Source of the DNA: Gammaproteobacteria bacterium
Lineage (GTDB): Bacteria > Pseudomonadota > Gammaproteobacteria > Tenderiales > Tenderiaceae
Assembly (NCBI GenBank): GCA_016200485.1
Contig: JACQEP010000001.1
Span: forward strand, 9,901-73,900
Direction: 5' to 3'
DNA length: 64,000 bases
Positions 51,552-62,762 of the stretch are shown here, piece after piece; positions within the stretch are counted from its first letter, which is position 1; the number at the start of each line of letters is the position of its first letter. The notes beneath the pieces are model-generated. The model was not told the origin of the DNA and did not search any database. It worked only from the letters and a program-made list of their open reading frames with translations. The position numbers and the translations under genes are program-made.

Positions 51552-52154
51552 TCACACCATGCGCGCGTGCCACTCTCGAACGGCACGCGCAATCAATAGC
51601 AGCAACAACCATGTGCCATAAAATAATGGCAGACGTAAATCCGCCTTTACCAGCCAGAAATAATGAATCACACCCAGCGTTGCCGCGAGGTAAACGAATT
51701 GATGCAATTGCTGCCAACGAGGCTTCCCCAGCCAATTTACAGCGCGATCAAAGGATGTTGCCGCCAGCGGTATCAGCACCAGAAATGCAGAAAACCCTAG
51801 CGTAATATACGGCCGTTTAATTATATCTTTATAGATTTCTGTCCAGTCGAAAAATTGATCAAGAACGATATAACTTAGAGCATGCAGCATCGCGTAAAAA
51901 AATGTATAAAGCCCTAACATCCGCCGAAACCGGCCCAGCCAGAACCACTCAAACCATCCTCGCAACGGGCTAATCGTCAGTGTAATCAGCAAAAACCGCA
52001 GCGCCCAGTCTCCGGTACGGTGCGTAATTTTTTCTATGGGATTGGCTCCCAAGGCGTGATGATAGGCATCCCAGGCAAGAAAAATAGCGGGCATCAGACA
52101 GAACACAAACAAGATCAGCTTGAAAATAAACAGCTGTCTCTCGGTTAACTTCAT
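51552..52154 (-). CDS. msrQ: Protein-methionine-sulfoxide reductase haem-binding subunit
   Basis: 200 aa, a YedZ-like 6-TM protein with conserved His, directly downstream of msrP. Confidence 0.85.
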   Translation of the reverse strand: MKLTERQLFIFKLILFVFCLMPAIFLAWDAYHHALGANPIEKITHRTGDWALRFLLITLTISPLRGWFEWFWLGRFRRMLGLYTFFYAMLHALSYIVLDQFFDWTEIYKDIIKRPYITLGFSAFLVLIPLAATSFDRAVNWLGKPRWQQLHQFVYLAATLGVIHYFWLVKADLRLPLFYGTWLLLLLIARAVREWHARMV

Positions 52155-52163
52155 GCGCTCTGA

Positions 52164-53111
52164 CTAGAAATTCTTTTTAAGGTCCATGCCCGCATACAGA
52201 CTCGCAACCTCATCTGCGTAACCGTTGAACATCAGCGTATCTCGCTTGAGAAATTCGCCGATCCGTCGCTCTCGGGCTTGGCTCCAGCGTGGATGATCGA
52301 CCTTGGGATTAACGTTGGCAAAAAACCCATATTCACTGGGCCCCGCCTTCATCCAGGTGGAGGTCGGCTGTTTTTCGAGCAGCCGGATCTTGACGATGGA
52401 TTTGATATTTTTGAATCCGTATTTCCAGGGAATCACTAGCCGCAGCGGCGCACCGTTTTGTCCCGGCAACGTCTGACCATACATCCCCACGGCCAACAAT
52501 GTCAGCGGATGCGTAGCTTCATCTATACGCAGCCCCTCGACATACGGCCACTCAAGCACGGCGCGCCGCTGACCTGGAAACTGTTTCGGATCAAACAGCG
52601 TTGTGAATTCAACATATTTGGCGCGGGAGCTGGGTTCAAAACGCTTGAGCACATCCGACAGGGGAACGCCGATCCACGGGATCACCATCGACCAACCCTC
52701 AACGCAACGGAGGCGATAAATGCGCTCTTCCAATCGATGTGGTTTAATCAAATCTTCCAAAGCCAACGTGCCCGGCTTTGCCACCTCCCCTTCTATGGTC
52801 ACGCGCCAGGGATCAGGTCGCATCGACCCCGCCAATTCGGCAGGCTCGTACTTGTCAGTACTCAGTTCATAGAAGTTGTTATAGGTGCTGGCGTCCTTGA
52901 ACGGGGTGAGTTCCTCCCCCTTAGGCAACTTGCCCTTGAGATAGCCATCCATGCGAATAGCGGCTTGCGCTTCCCCGGGGCCGCTACCCAAGACCGCGAT
53001 AGCGGCTGCCCCCAAGCTTAGCTCAATGAATTTACGCCGCGAAAGAAATAACGCTTGCGGCGTAATTTCAGATTCATGGCAAAAAGAAGGCTTATGGGCT
53101 TTAATCAACAT
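52164..53111 (-). CDS. msrP: Protein-methionine-sulfoxide reductase catalytic (molybdopterin) subunit
   Basis: 315 aa with Tat-type signal ([16 protein letters not shown]) and YedY-like sequence ([29 protein letters not shown]). Confidence 0.9.
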   Translation of the reverse strand: MLIKAHKPSFCHESEITPQALFLSRRKFIELSLGAAAIAVLGSGPGEAQAAIRMDGYLKGKLPKGEELTPFKDASTYNNFYELSTDKYEPAELAGSMRPDPWRVTIEGEVAKPGTLALEDLIKPHRLEERIYRLRCVEGWSMVIPWIGVPLSDVLKRFEPSSRAKYVEFTTLFDPKQFPGQRRAVLEWPYVEGLRIDEATHPLTLLAVGMYGQTLPGQNGAPLRLVIPWKYGFKNIKSIVKIRLLEKQPTSTWMKAGPSEYGFFANVNPKVDHPRWSQARERRIGEFLKRDTLMFNGYADEVASLYAGMDLKKNF

Positions 53112-53219
53112 GCTTATACCTTACATCAGGATTTGGGTGATGCAATCCATACCTTAAAGCATCGGCACGAATTTACACAGTCATAAGCAATAGACTAAAT
53201 CTTTAACAATTTGTTACAA

Positions 53220-56200
53220 CTACCCCACCCAAACTCTGGCATTGCGGAACATCCGCAGCCAAGGGCCATCCTCTCCCCACTCAGCCGGGTGCCACGAATG
53301 CTGCACCGTACGGAAGACCCGCTCCGGATGCGGCATCATGATAGTGAAACGGCCATCGCGATTACACAATCCGGCGATCCCCTGCGGCGAACCATTCGGG
53401 TTCAGCGGATAGGCCTCGGTGGGCCGACCATAATTGTCGGTGTAACGCATCCCGACCAGTTCCGCTGCCAATAGCTGCTGCGCACCCTCGGCGCCACGAA
53501 ACTCGGCGCGGCCCTCGCCGTGGGCAATCGCAATCGGCAACCGTGAACCCACCATGCCCTGGAAGAAGATCGAGGCCGTCGGCTTGATCTCGACTGTCGC
53601 AACGCGTGCCTCGAACTGCTCCGAGGTATTGCGCACAAAACGCGGCCACAACTCGGCACCCGGTATCAATTCGTACAGGTTGGACATCATCTGACAGCCA
53701 TTACACACACCCAGACCAAAGGTATCCACGCGAGTAAAGAAGCCCTGAAACTCATCCCGCGCCCGTACATTGAACAGGATCGACTTCGCCCAACCTTCAC
53801 CGGCGCCAAGCACATCACCATAGGAGAAGCCGCCACACGCCACCAAGCCCTGAAACTCGCGCAAACTGACGCGGCCGCTGAGAATGTCGCTCATGTGGAC
53901 ATCGACGCTGCTGAAACCAGCGCGATCAAAGGCGGCTGCCATTTCAACATGGCCGTTAACCCCTTGCTCGCGCAACACGGCGATCCGCGGCCGCTTACCA
54001 CCAAGGATAAACGGTGCCGCGATATCTTCCTGTGGATCGAAACTCAGTACCGGTTGGATACCGGGATCTTTGACATCCAACAGTGCATCAAATTCCTGCT
54101 GCGCGCATTCTGAATTATCACGCAGCGCCTGCATCTGGAAACTGGTTTCGCTCCAGATGCGCTGCAAATTCACGCGACTGTCAGCAAATATTTCCTTGCC
54201 TGCATGACGAATCACAATTCGGTCATCATTACTTGGACGACCAATCACATGGCTATAACGCCCCAACCCGGCATCATGCAGTGCCTTCATGACTGCTGCG
54301 CCATCGGCAGCACGCACTTGAATGACCGCACCCAACTCTTCATTGAAAAGAATCGCCGCCGGGTCCGTGCCCAGGGCATCCACGTTCAAGGCAATGCCTG
54401 CATGCGCAGCAAACGCCATCTCGCAGACAGCGACAAATAATCCACCATCGGAGCGATCATGATAGGCCAGCAACAAGCCACGCTCGTTGAGCGCCTGAAT
54501 CGTGTCAAAGAAAGACTTCAATGCCTGCGGATCGTCAAGATCCGGCGCATAATGGCCTACCTGTTTATAAACCTGCGCCAAACATGAACCGCCAAGCCGC
54601 TGCTGCCCCTTACCCAAATCAATCAAGATCAATTCCGATTCACCCTGATCCAGCCGCAACTGCGGCGTCAGCGTCTTGCGGATATCCACTACTGGCGCAA
54701 AGGCGGAGATGATCAACGACAGCGGCGCGGTGACACTACGTTGCTCGCCATGCTCACTCCACACCGTCTTCATCGACATAGAGTCCTTGCCGACGGGAAT
54801 CGTAATTCCGAGCTGCGGGCACAATTCCATGCCCACGGCTTTGACTGCTTCATACAAGCCGGCATCTTCTCCCGGATGACCCGCGGGTGCCATCCAGTTT
54901 GCCGATAACACTACGCGTTTTAGCTCAGGAATACGTGCTGCGGCCAGATTGGTCAATGCTTCAGCCACCGCCATCCGCGCCGAAGCAGCATGATGCACCA
55001 GCGCCAGCGGCGTGCGTTCACCCATCGCCATCGCTTCGCCAGTATAGGTTTCGTAACCTGTCGCCGTCACGGCCACATCGGCCACCGGCACTTGCCATGG
55101 CCCCACCATCTGATCGCGCGCGACCAAGCCGGTCACGCTACGGTCACCAATAGTGATCAAAAAGTTCTTGCTGGCGATTGTCGGCAGGCGCAATAAACGC
55201 TGCGCAGCATCCTTGATATCGATCTTGCGCGTTTCAAATTCCGGTTTATGGAACGTGCGATGCTGCACATCGCGCAACATTTTCGGCGGCTTGCCGAGCA
55301 ACACCTCCATCGGAATATCGATTGGCGTGTTGTCAAAGTAACCATCACCCAGCACCAACTGCTGTTCCGTAGTCGCCTCACCGATCACCGCGAAGGGCGC
55401 ACGTTCGCGCTCACAGATGGCTGCGAATCGCGGCACATCCTCGGCCCGCAGGGCAAGCACATAACGCTCTTGCGCCTCGTTACACCAGATTTCCATTGGC
55501 GACATGCCCGGCTCATCACTGTGAATGGTGCGCAACTCAAAGCGCGCACCACGACCTGCATCATTCACCAATTCCGGCATCGCATTCGACAAACCACCGG
55601 CGCCGACGTCATGAATCGATACAATCGGATTGTCGTCACCCAATTGCCAGCATTGATCGATGACTTCCTGACAACGACGCTGCATCTCGGGATTGCCACG
55701 CTGCACTGAGGCAAAGTCCAGATCTTCCGCGCTGGCACCGGTGGCCATACTTGAAGCGGCACTACCACCGAGGCCAATCAGCATCGCCGGCCCACCCAAC
55801 ACCACTAACTGCGCGCCCTCTTGAATATCATGCTTGGCAACATGTTCGGCTTTGATGTTACCGACGCCACCCGCCAACATGATCGGCTTGTGATATCCGC
55901 GCACTTCGTCACCCGTCGGTCCCGGCACTTTTTCTTCAAAGGTACGGAAATAGCCGCAAATATTGGGACGGCCGAATTCGTTATTGAACGCCGCGGCGCC
56001 AATCGGACCATCAAGCATAATCTGCAACGCCGAAACGATGCGCCCCGGCTTGCCGTGATCCGTTTCCCATGGTTGTTCAGCACCCGGAATCCGTAAATTC
56101 GAGACCGAAAATCCGCACAGGCCGGCCTTGGGTTTGGAACCACGCCCCGTCGCGCCCTCATCACGGATCTCACCGCCGGAACCCGTTGCTGCACCTGGAA

Positions 56201-57119
56201 ACGGCGCGATTGCAGTGGGATGATTATGCGTCTCCACCTTCATCAGGATATGCGTCGCTTCGCGTTGATATTGATATTCACCTGTTGCCGGATCGGGATA
56301 AAAACGCTTCGACTCGAAACCCTCGATCACCGCCGAATTATCTTTGTACGCCGACAACACCGCTTCAGAGTTCTGCTGGTAGGTATTTTTGATCATCTTG
56401 AACAGCGACAATGGCTGTGGCTTGCCATCGATTTTCCAATCGGCATTGAAAATCTTGTGGCGACAATGCTCGGAATTGGCCTGCGCGAACATCATTAATT
56501 CGATGTCATTCGGATTGCGCCCAAGCGCTGTGAAATTCTCGACCAGATAATCGATCTCATCTTCGGCCAGCGCCAGACCCCAGTCACGATTGGCACGCAC
56601 CAGCGCCTCGCGGCCGCCACCCAGCACATCCACGCTGCGCAATGGCACCGGATCGGCCTGTTGGAACAGACGCTCGGCCTCGTCGATGTTATCAAACACC
56701 ACTTCGGTCATGCGGTCATGAATCAGTGGCATCACCGCCGCCAGCTCAGCTCCCGTCAGCGGTCTGTCATCCTGCGTGGTGAAATAATAGGCAACTCCCC
56801 GTTCCAGACGCCGAATCTTGTCCAGCCCGCAATTGTGAGCGATGTCCGTCGCCTTGCTCGACCAGGGCGAAATCGTCCCCGGCCGCGGCACCACCAGCAA
56901 CAACTGCCCGCCCGGGGTCTCCACCGTCAGCCGTGGCCCGTACTCCAGCAGCCGCTGCAACAACCCCAACTCGGCTCCCTCAAGATGCTGATCCAGATCG
57001 GCAAAGTGCATGAATTCGGCATACACATGGCTCAGACTCGGCACCTTGGCGACCAAGGTCTGGGTGAGCTTTTGCAACCGAAAGGGGGAGAGAGCCGGGG
57101 TACCGCGCAGCTGGAGCAT
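53220..57119 (-). CDS. purL: Phosphoribosylformylglycinamidine synthase (large single-chain type)
   Basis: Canonical start [18 protein letters not shown] at the ATG ending at 57119, with the C-terminal glutaminase motif GVCNGCQM. The 26-codon extension in the ORF track is not PurL-like. Confidence 0.95.
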   Translation of the reverse strand: MLQLRGTPALSPFRLQKLTQTLVAKVPSLSHVYAEFMHFADLDQHLEGAELGLLQRLLEYGPRLTVETPGGQLLLVVPRPGTISPWSSKATDIAHNCGLDKIRRLERGVAYYFTTQDDRPLTGAELAAVMPLIHDRMTEVVFDNIDEAERLFQQADPVPLRSVDVLGGGREALVRANRDWGLALAEDEIDYLVENFTALGRNPNDIELMMFAQANSEHCRHKIFNADWKIDGKPQPLSLFKMIKNTYQQNSEAVLSAYKDNSAVIEGFESKRFYPDPATGEYQYQREATHILMKVETHNHPTAIAPFPGAATGSGGEIRDEGATGRGSKPKAGLCGFSVSNLRIPGAEQPWETDHGKPGRIVSALQIMLDGPIGAAAFNNEFGRPNICGYFRTFEEKVPGPTGDEVRGYHKPIMLAGGVGNIKAEHVAKHDIQEGAQLVVLGGPAMLIGLGGSAASSMATGASAEDLDFASVQRGNPEMQRRCQEVIDQCWQLGDDNPIVSIHDVGAGGLSNAMPELVNDAGRGARFELRTIHSDEPGMSPMEIWCNEAQERYVLALRAEDVPRFAAICERERAPFAVIGEATTEQQLVLGDGYFDNTPIDIPMEVLLGKPPKMLRDVQHRTFHKPEFETRKIDIKDAAQRLLRLPTIASKNFLITIGDRSVTGLVARDQMVGPWQVPVADVAVTATGYETYTGEAMAMGERTPLALVHHAASARMAVAEALTNLAAARIPELKRVVLSANWMAPAGHPGEDAGLYEAVKAVGMELCPQLGITIPVGKDSMSMKTVWSEHGEQRSVTAPLSLIISAFAPVVDIRKTLTPQLRLDQGESELILIDLGKGQQRLGGSCLAQVYKQVGHYAPDLDDPQALKSFFDTIQALNERGLLLAYHDRSDGGLFVAVCEMAFAAHAGIALNVDALGTDPAAILFNEELGAVIQVRAADGAAVMKALHDAGLGRYSHVIGRPSNDDRIVIRHAGKEIFADSRVNLQRIWSETSFQMQALRDNSECAQQEFDALLDVKDPGIQPVLSFDPQEDIAAPFILGGKRPRIAVLREQGVNGHVEMAAAFDRAGFSSVDVHMSDILSGRVSLREFQGLVACGGFSYGDVLGAGEGWAKSILFNVRARDEFQGFFTRVDTFGLGVCNGCQMMSNLYELIPGAELWPRFVRNTSEQFEARVATVEIKPTASIFFQGMVGSRLPIAIAHGEGRAEFRGAEGAQQLLAAELVGMRYTDNYGRPTEAYPLNPNGSPQGIAGLCNRDGRFTIMMPHPERVFRTVQHSWHPAEWGEDGPWLRMFRNARVWVG

Positions 57120-57293
57120 TAGAGAATCCTGAATCCGTCTGGGGAAAGGCGGTATTTTACTTGATTCAGAGGCTTGCGGCGAATGGAAGACATCCATTAC
57201 TCCCCCGCTTGCCTGAGCCCCCTTCAGGCCGTATCATCGCCACAACCATAATAAATCAAGGCATATAAGCCTTTTCTGGGGAGAGCACATTCC

Positions 57294-58823
57294 ATGTACA
57301 AGATTCTGGGCGCCGTTGCGCTGCCGTTGGCCGTATTGTTGCTGTCAGGTTGTGGCGGTGAGACCACCGCTGAAAACAATTCGCAACAAGATCAACCTGC
57401 GCAAACCACAACGCCTGCCGCGACCACAACCTATGTCACGACCAAGGCGTTTGTCGCGTCGCTTCAGACATCTGGACCAACCGCAGATGCCGACCCGGCA
57501 CCCGTCCCCACTGCCGACGAGATGGCGGACATCGCTAGTTTCAATAATGAATTTGCTATCCGCCTCTTGCAGAATCTGACGGGAAGCGGCAGCACTGCCT
57601 TCGCTGTTCACAGCCGCATACAACAGTTAGCCATGCTGACTACAGACGCCAACGACTCACAAAAATCGCAGACCATTAAACTGCTTGCCGGCAATATCGA
57701 TCAAGAACAAATCGGCAAATTGTTACCTGATTTAAACATGACATCGCTACTCAATACCGCTTCCACTGCTCAGGACGGCGGTTACTTATCAAAGTTCTCG
57801 ACCTGGGGACAAGAGAATTTTTTATTTCCGGAATCTTCTCTCAAGGCACTGAACAGCAATTTTGGCTCCGAGGTTTTCGCCGTCGATTTTACCAATGACC
57901 CCTATGGCACCAACCTTCTGATTGAAACCTGGCAATCTCAACTCACAGGCTATGTGACCAACATCATCAACACCACCGATAAAACCAGATTGGCCTTTTC
58001 CAGCGCCAACAGACTCAACAGCAACTGGCTCAGCAATCCCGCATCGATAACTCAAGGCGACTTCCATGGCACCAACATCGTCACCATGAATTATTTTGAT
58101 CTGAGCCAGAACGCACTCATCAAAGAGACCTCTGATTTTGTTGCGGGTGAATTCCCCCTGGAAAAAGGTAACAACCTATTCTTGCTAATGCCGCACAGCG
58201 CAGCATGCCCCTCGACGCCAGCGATCGCAAATAATGCACTAGCCTTTGACCACCCCTTTGCGTTCTTCGTTATTAACAATCAAACGGGATTGATCATCTA
58301 CTCCGGCCTTTATAGCAAACCCGCTGCTGACGCATGTGACGCCAACGCTATGGCAGGCTTCTTGAGCAAACTAAGCACCAACTCTCTAAAAATCACCCGT
58401 GGCCAGTTAACAGCCACCCAACAAACACTGTATGTGCCACAGTTTAATTTTGGCTACATAGAATCTATCCCTGGAATACAACCACCACTAAACAGCGATG
58501 CATCATTCTTATACTTCGATCACTTCACCAGCAAGATAGCAATCCTGCTCGACAACCAGGGCATCACTATCAGCAGCGGCAACCTTACCGCTGTAAACCT
58601 GCATGAATCCTTTGCCTCTTCGAACGCAGACATCAAAGGTGTTTACGTGGGACAAAATATGAACGCTACTGTCGGACAGGAATTTGGTTATCAGAACTTC
58701 GACAACATCAGCGATGCATTGGCCCTGATCAGCAAGTTTGGTTTGACAGCAGGGTCGACAAGCGGCACGAGCGGTTGGCCAGCCGTCTTCGGCACCACTA
58801 CGACTGACGGTATCGGATTCTAA
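57294..58823 (+). CDS. Serpin-fold lipoprotein with non-canonical segment order and a C-terminal tail
   Basis: 509 aa with lipobox LLSGC and a Thr/Pro/Ala linker. A serpin-like N-part follows (FNNEFAIRLLQNL...SEVFAVDFTND...NLFLLMP). The serpin C-terminal signature AFDHPFAFFVINNQTGLIIYSGLYSKP then sits at residues 317-343. It is followed by another 166 residues containing LYVPQFNFGY and SKIAILLDNQGITISSG. Confidence 0.7.
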   Translation: MYKILGAVALPLAVLLLSGCGGETTAENNSQQDQPAQTTTPAATTTYVTTKAFVASLQTSGPTADADPAPVPTADEMADIASFNNEFAIRLLQNLTGSGSTAFAVHSRIQQLAMLTTDANDSQKSQTIKLLAGNIDQEQIGKLLPDLNMTSLLNTASTAQDGGYLSKFSTWGQENFLFPESSLKALNSNFGSEVFAVDFTNDPYGTNLLIETWQSQLTGYVTNIINTTDKTRLAFSSANRLNSNWLSNPASITQGDFHGTNIVTMNYFDLSQNALIKETSDFVAGEFPLEKGNNLFLLMPHSAACPSTPAIANNALAFDHPFAFFVINNQTGLIIYSGLYSKPAADACDANAMAGFLSKLSTNSLKITRGQLTATQQTLYVPQFNFGYIESIPGIQPPLNSDASFLYFDHFTSKIAILLDNQGITISSGNLTAVNLHESFASSNADIKGVYVGQNMNATVGQEFGYQNFDNISDALALISKFGLTAGSTSGTSGWPAVFGTTTTDGIGF

Positions 58824-58841
58824 CCGAGTTGCTTTAGTCAT

Positions 58842-58877
58842 AAACGACAAGGCCGCTCTCAAGCGGCCTTGTCGTTT
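58842..58877. terminator. Bidirectional intrinsic terminator
   Basis: AAACGACAAGGCCGC (58842-58856), loop TCTCAA, GCGGCCTTGTCGTTT (58863-58877). This is a 15-bp perfect stem flanked by A/T runs, between the convergent serpin-like and haemerythrin genes. Confidence 0.75.
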
Positions 58878-58900
58878 TAATCTTCCGCTTCACCCAAAGC

Positions 58901-59308
58901 TCAACTCAACGTCTTGTCCTTCAAAAACGCCGCCAGTTGCGTATCGATCTTCATAATGTGCCTAACCAACCAGTCCTTTAAAAACAACATCACGGCCTCG
59001 GTCACGTTACCTTCATCCTTCCGGTATCGCTCAACCTGTTTTTGAATTTCATGTTTGAAGGCATCGTGCGCCTTCTTATGATTAGCATAATCAGGATAGC
59101 CATACGCACGCATCATTTCTTCTTCGACGAAGAAGTGGGTCTTGGTGTAGTCCACCAACCCCTCCAGCACCTGCCCCACCAAATGCCGCCCCGAGGCCTC
59201 ATCCAACGCCTGTTGCAGCGAATTGATGTATTCGATCAGTACCGCATGCTCGCGGTCCATCAGACGGTTGCCGACCCGAAGACTATTATTAAATTCCAGG
59301 TTTGACAT
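58901..59308 (-). CDS. Bacteriohaemerythrin
   Basis: MDREHAVLIEYIN...HFFVEEEMMRAYGYPDYANHKKAHDAF...WLVRHIMKIDTQL carries the haemerythrin His/Glu/Asp iron-ligand pattern. I chose the start at MSNLEF (59308). The ORF is open to 59341. Confidence 0.85.
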   Translation of the reverse strand: MSNLEFNNSLRVGNRLMDREHAVLIEYINSLQQALDEASGRHLVGQVLEGLVDYTKTHFFVEEEMMRAYGYPDYANHKKAHDAFKHEIQKQVERYRKDEGNVTEAVMLFLKDWLVRHIMKIDTQLAAFLKDKTLS

Positions 59309-59443
59309 AGCGATTTTTCCCCACGTTGAATAAAAACCCATTTCCCCCAGTATAACGGCCAGGCCGTTATTTCCATGAGTATATCGTGGAAAGCAAAAAC
59401 TACCCGGAAATGGCTTTGTCTAGCGATAAGATCAGTTTTTTAG

Positions 59444-60052
59444 CTATTTCTGCGAAGGTCGACGCAAAATCAATCTCACCACGGCGCCCGGCCCGACGTG
59501 ATATTTACCTTCGTTCAGTTCAACAACGCATTCTTCCAGCAGTTCGATCTCTGCGCCGCTGAAATCCTGCGCCAACAATTCGGCAGAAAACAAGGCATCG
59601 ACATTGGGCGGACCGCCACTGCGATAATTCAGTTGGTTTTTGTTGAACGCTTCAAGAATTAATACACCGCCCGGTTTCAATGCCGCCAACATCGATGCAT
59701 GCATCCGTGGCCGGATTACCGAGGGGAAATGCAGATAAATAGAAACAACAGCATCAAACTCCGATTGTGGCCACTGCCATTCAGTCAAATCCTGACACAG
59801 GGCCTGCAAGGGCACTCTGAATTGCACGGCCAACGCCTGCGCCCTGTTAACACCCGCCTGGGCATAATCAACGGTGGTAACGTCCAATCCCTGCTGCGCC
59901 AACCACATGCCATTCCGGCCTTCGCCATCACCCGCCACCAGCACCTTCATCCCTGGCTCCAAATGCTGGCATTGCGAAACCAAAAATTCATTTGGTTCTA
60001 GACCATAGGCCAAACCGTCTTCGGAGTAGCGTGCTTCCCAGAATTCTTTCAT
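59444..60052 (-). CDS. Class I SAM-dependent methyltransferase
   Basis: 202 aa with motif I VLVAGDGEGRNGMWLA, a spacing of acidic residues typical of small-molecule methyltransferases, and LKPGGVLILE. Confidence 0.8.
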   Translation of the reverse strand: MKEFWEARYSEDGLAYGLEPNEFLVSQCQHLEPGMKVLVAGDGEGRNGMWLAQQGLDVTTVDYAQAGVNRAQALAVQFRVPLQALCQDLTEWQWPQSEFDAVVSIYLHFPSVIRPRMHASMLAALKPGGVLILEAFNKNQLNYRSGGPPNVDALFSAELLAQDFSGAEIELLEECVVELNEGKYHVGPGAVVRLILRRPSQK

Positions 60053-60093
60053 CTATGCTACCTACACTAAAAATCTCGCGTGAACCATTTACG

Positions 60094-60115
60094 AAAAAGC
60101 CACCCGAAGGTGGCT
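60094..60115 (-). terminator. Intrinsic terminator of purC
   Basis: The reverse strand reads AGCCACC-TTCG-GGTGGCT followed by TTTTT, about 20 nt after the purC stop. Confidence 0.75.
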
Positions 60116-60136
60116 CTTGTTTGACATCAATTTACC

Positions 60137-60853
60137 CTACGCAGGCAATTCCACACCCAACCGCGCAGCGACTTCTTCATAGGCCTCAACCACGCCACCC
60201 AAGCCCTGGCGGAAGCGGTCTTTGTCGAGTTTTTTCCGGGTTTGCGCGTCCCACAGGCGGCAGCCATCGGGGCTGAATTCATCGCCCAAAATAATTTCGC
60301 CGTGGAAGCGGCCGAATTCGAGCTTGAAATCGACGAGCAACATACCGGCATCGGCGAACAGTTTTTTCAGCACATCATTCACCTTTAATGTCAGTGATTT
60401 CATGCGCGCCAGCTCCGCCTCAGTTGCCCAGCCAAAAGACAATACATGCGATTCATTAATCATTGGATCATGCAGCGCATCGTTCTTGAGGAAGAGTTCG
60501 AAGGTCGGCGGATTGAGTTCCTGGCCTTCGGTCACACCCAAACGCCGCACCAAGCTACCGGCAGCATAGTTACGCACTACGCACTCGACCGGCACCATCT
60601 GCAAAGTTTTCACCAGCGAATCGGTATCCGACAACAATTTTTCAAAATGCGTTGGCACACCGGCTTCGCGCAATTTGGTCATGATGAAGGCATTGAAGCA
60701 GTTATTAACCATGCCTTTGCGCGCGAGCTGTTCTTTTTTCTCGCCATCGAAGGCGCTGGTGTCATCGCGGAAGTGCATGATCATCAAATCGGGATGATCG
60801 GTGGTATACACCGATTTCGCTTTGCCCCGATACAGTTCTTTACCTTTTTGCAT
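60137..60853 (-). CDS. purC: Phosphoribosylaminoimidazole-succinocarboxamide synthase
   Basis: Start [16 protein letters not shown] at the ATG ending at 60853, preceded by GAAGGA. The sequence is SAICAR synthetase throughout. Confidence 0.95.
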   Translation of the reverse strand: MQKGKELYRGKAKSVYTTDHPDLMIMHFRDDTSAFDGEKKEQLARKGMVNNCFNAFIMTKLREAGVPTHFEKLLSDTDSLVKTLQMVPVECVVRNYAAGSLVRRLGVTEGQELNPPTFELFLKNDALHDPMINESHVLSFGWATEAELARMKSLTLKVNDVLKKLFADAGMLLVDFKLEFGRFHGEIILGDEFSPDGCRLWDAQTRKKLDKDRFRQGLGGVVEAYEEVAARLGVELPA

Positions 60854-60897
60854 AGACAAATCCTTCACTTTTGATCTCAGCACTCACGGCCTGCTAC

Positions 60898-60925
60898 TCC
60901 CCTCTCCCACGAGTGGGAGAGGGGA
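60898..60925 (-). terminator. GC-rich hairpin (REP/terminator-like) downstream of the MBL hydrolase gene
   Basis: TCCCCTCTCCCA-CGAG-TGGGAGAGGGGA is a perfect 12-bp stem. A partial third arm, GGAGAGGG, sits at ~60953. Confidence 0.55.
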
Positions 60926-60969
60926 CTTAAGATTTCTTTCTTAACTTAACAAGGAGAGGGAACTTGAAT

Positions 60970-61731
60970 TCAAGCAATACTCCGCCAATCCAATCCTTCA
61001 TCCTGCATTGCTACTTCAATCCACTCGGACTCACAACCCACTACTTGCGCCAGTGCTTGCTGCGCCAGACGCGGCGAGTTGTTTTCCTCGCTCAAATGCG
61101 CGGCTACTAGATGTTGCAGGCGGCCATGTTCCAACCGGCTCAGCAGTTCTGCCGCTTGTGCATTACTCAAGTGGCCGTGACGACCGCCGACGCGTTGTTT
61201 GAGCGAATACGGATAACGCCCGCCAATCAACATATCCAAATCGTGATTACATTCCAGCAACAATGCATCGCAGCCGCTCAATTGCGTTTCAATATGCGGT
61301 GTCCAGCACCCCACATCCGTCAACACCCCAAACCGGCGCTGCCCGTCGCTGAACACAAATTGCGCGGGCTCCCAGGCATCGTGCGGTACCGGGAAGGGTT
61401 GCACCTGAATATCACCGATAGAAAAAGCCTCGTGGCTATTGAACAAATGCAAGTACGGCAAGTGGGTTATTTTAGCGTGCCGGGCGGTGCCAGGGGTAGC
61501 GTAAACCGGAAGTTTGTAATGACGGGCCAGGCGCTCGACACCGCCGATATGGTCGCCGTGCTCGTGGGTGACGACAATGGCGCTGAGTTCCTCCGGCGTC
61601 CGCCCCAGGCGTGCCAGGCGGCGCCGGGTCTCGGTCAGTGAAAACCCGCAATCCAGCAGCACGGTCGTCCGCCCGGTTTCTATCAGGGTACCGTTGCCAC
61701 GGCTACCGCTGCCGAGCGAGGCAAAACGCAC
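60970..61731 (-). CDS. MBL-fold metallo-hydrolase
   Basis: 253 aa with the HxHxDH motif (VTHEHGDHIGG) and N-terminal LGSGSRGNG. Confidence 0.8.
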   Translation of the reverse strand: MRFASLGSGSRGNGTLIETGRTTVLLDCGFSLTETRRRLARLGRTPEELSAIVVTHEHGDHIGGVERLARHYKLPVYATPGTARHAKITHLPYLHLFNSHEAFSIGDIQVQPFPVPHDAWEPAQFVFSDGQRRFGVLTDVGCWTPHIETQLSGCDALLLECNHDLDMLIGGRYPYSLKQRVGGRHGHLSNAQAAELLSRLEHGRLQHLVAAHLSEENNSPRLAQQALAQVVGCESEWIEVAMQDEGLDWRSIA

Positions 61732-61733
61732 GG

Positions 61734-62762
61734 TTATTTAATGAACTCCAGCAACCGATTCAACACTTGCGCAGCGACTGAATCTTCCACCGGCTGCCCA
61801 TCCGACATAAGCACAACCAGCTTGCCCTCTTCCAGGCTCAGCACCAACTCCCGATCCTGAGTCACGTTCTTGGTCGTGGTGAGGAAAGTACCTTCTTCAC
61901 GCGTACCCACAACCACCGGATAATTCACGCGATAACGGCTGGCGGCGGGTTGCGATTCGGTGACATTGATCGCGGCCCGATCCAGGGCCTGACCGACGCG
62001 GCGATACGCCCACTCCTTCGGCGCGCGAATCAGCATCACGGTACGCCCCTGCTGATGAACGATTTCATAGTGGGCATCCGTCACCTTGAACAATTGTTCC
62101 TGCGCGGTCGCTTCGTCCGCACCTAAAAACACCATCAAGCGTTTGAGTGTTTCCGCTTCCAGTTCGCGATCGGTTTCTGCCGGCATCCAGCGCACGGTTT
62201 CTTCGACGGCGACCTGCTGCATCCGCTGTTGCCCCAGAAACAGGGCGGTCGTCCCCGGTTCGGTGCCCGGCTCCAGCCGTACCCGGTATTTGACCTGGAC
62301 TGCCTTGGCGAACAAGTTGCTGAAGACTTTCTTGAAGACGTTGGCTGACGGCTGCTCCGCCCCCGGCTCATGCCAATCCGTATCCAGAATCATCAAATTG
62401 GGCTGGGTTTCCTTCACCGCCGGGCCATAATCAGCGAAATAACGCTGCACCCGCGCCCAAACCACCTTCGGCTCGTCCTTGACCTGCAACCAGAGCACGG
62501 CACCATCGCGCTGGAGCGTTACCCCGCTGAGGTCTACGGCCTTGGCATCGGCGACCTTCGCTGCAACAGCCTCGGCTGGCGCTGGCGCCTTCTCCGGAAT
62601 CTTGAGCGCATCCTGCTGCGGCGGCAGGGTCAAGCGTGGCGGCACTTCCAGCGGCGCCTCGGCCTGCGCTCCCTTGTAGGCCTGACGCTTCTCCTCGACG
62701 CTGCTGCAACCTGCCAGCACCACAGCCAGCGCGACGACCATCGCCTTACGACTCAGGCGCAT
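61734..62762 (-). CDS. bamC: Outer membrane protein assembly factor BamC (NlpB)
   Basis: 342 aa with lipobox LAGCSS. It is in the dapA-adjacent position with BamC-like segments (VWARVQRYFADYG, MILDTDW). Its start overlaps the dapA stop by 1 nt. Confidence 0.8.
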   Translation of the reverse strand: MRLSRKAMVVALAVVLAGCSSVEEKRQAYKGAQAEAPLEVPPRLTLPPQQDALKIPEKAPAPAEAVAAKVADAKAVDLSGVTLQRDGAVLWLQVKDEPKVVWARVQRYFADYGPAVKETQPNLMILDTDWHEPGAEQPSANVFKKVFSNLFAKAVQVKYRVRLEPGTEPGTTALFLGQQRMQQVAVEETVRWMPAETDRELEAETLKRLMVFLGADEATAQEQLFKVTDAHYEIVHQQGRTVMLIRAPKEWAYRRVGQALDRAAINVTESQPAASRYRVNYPVVVGTREEGTFLTTTKNVTQDRELVLSLEEGKLVVLMSDGQPVEDSVAAQVLNRLLEFIK

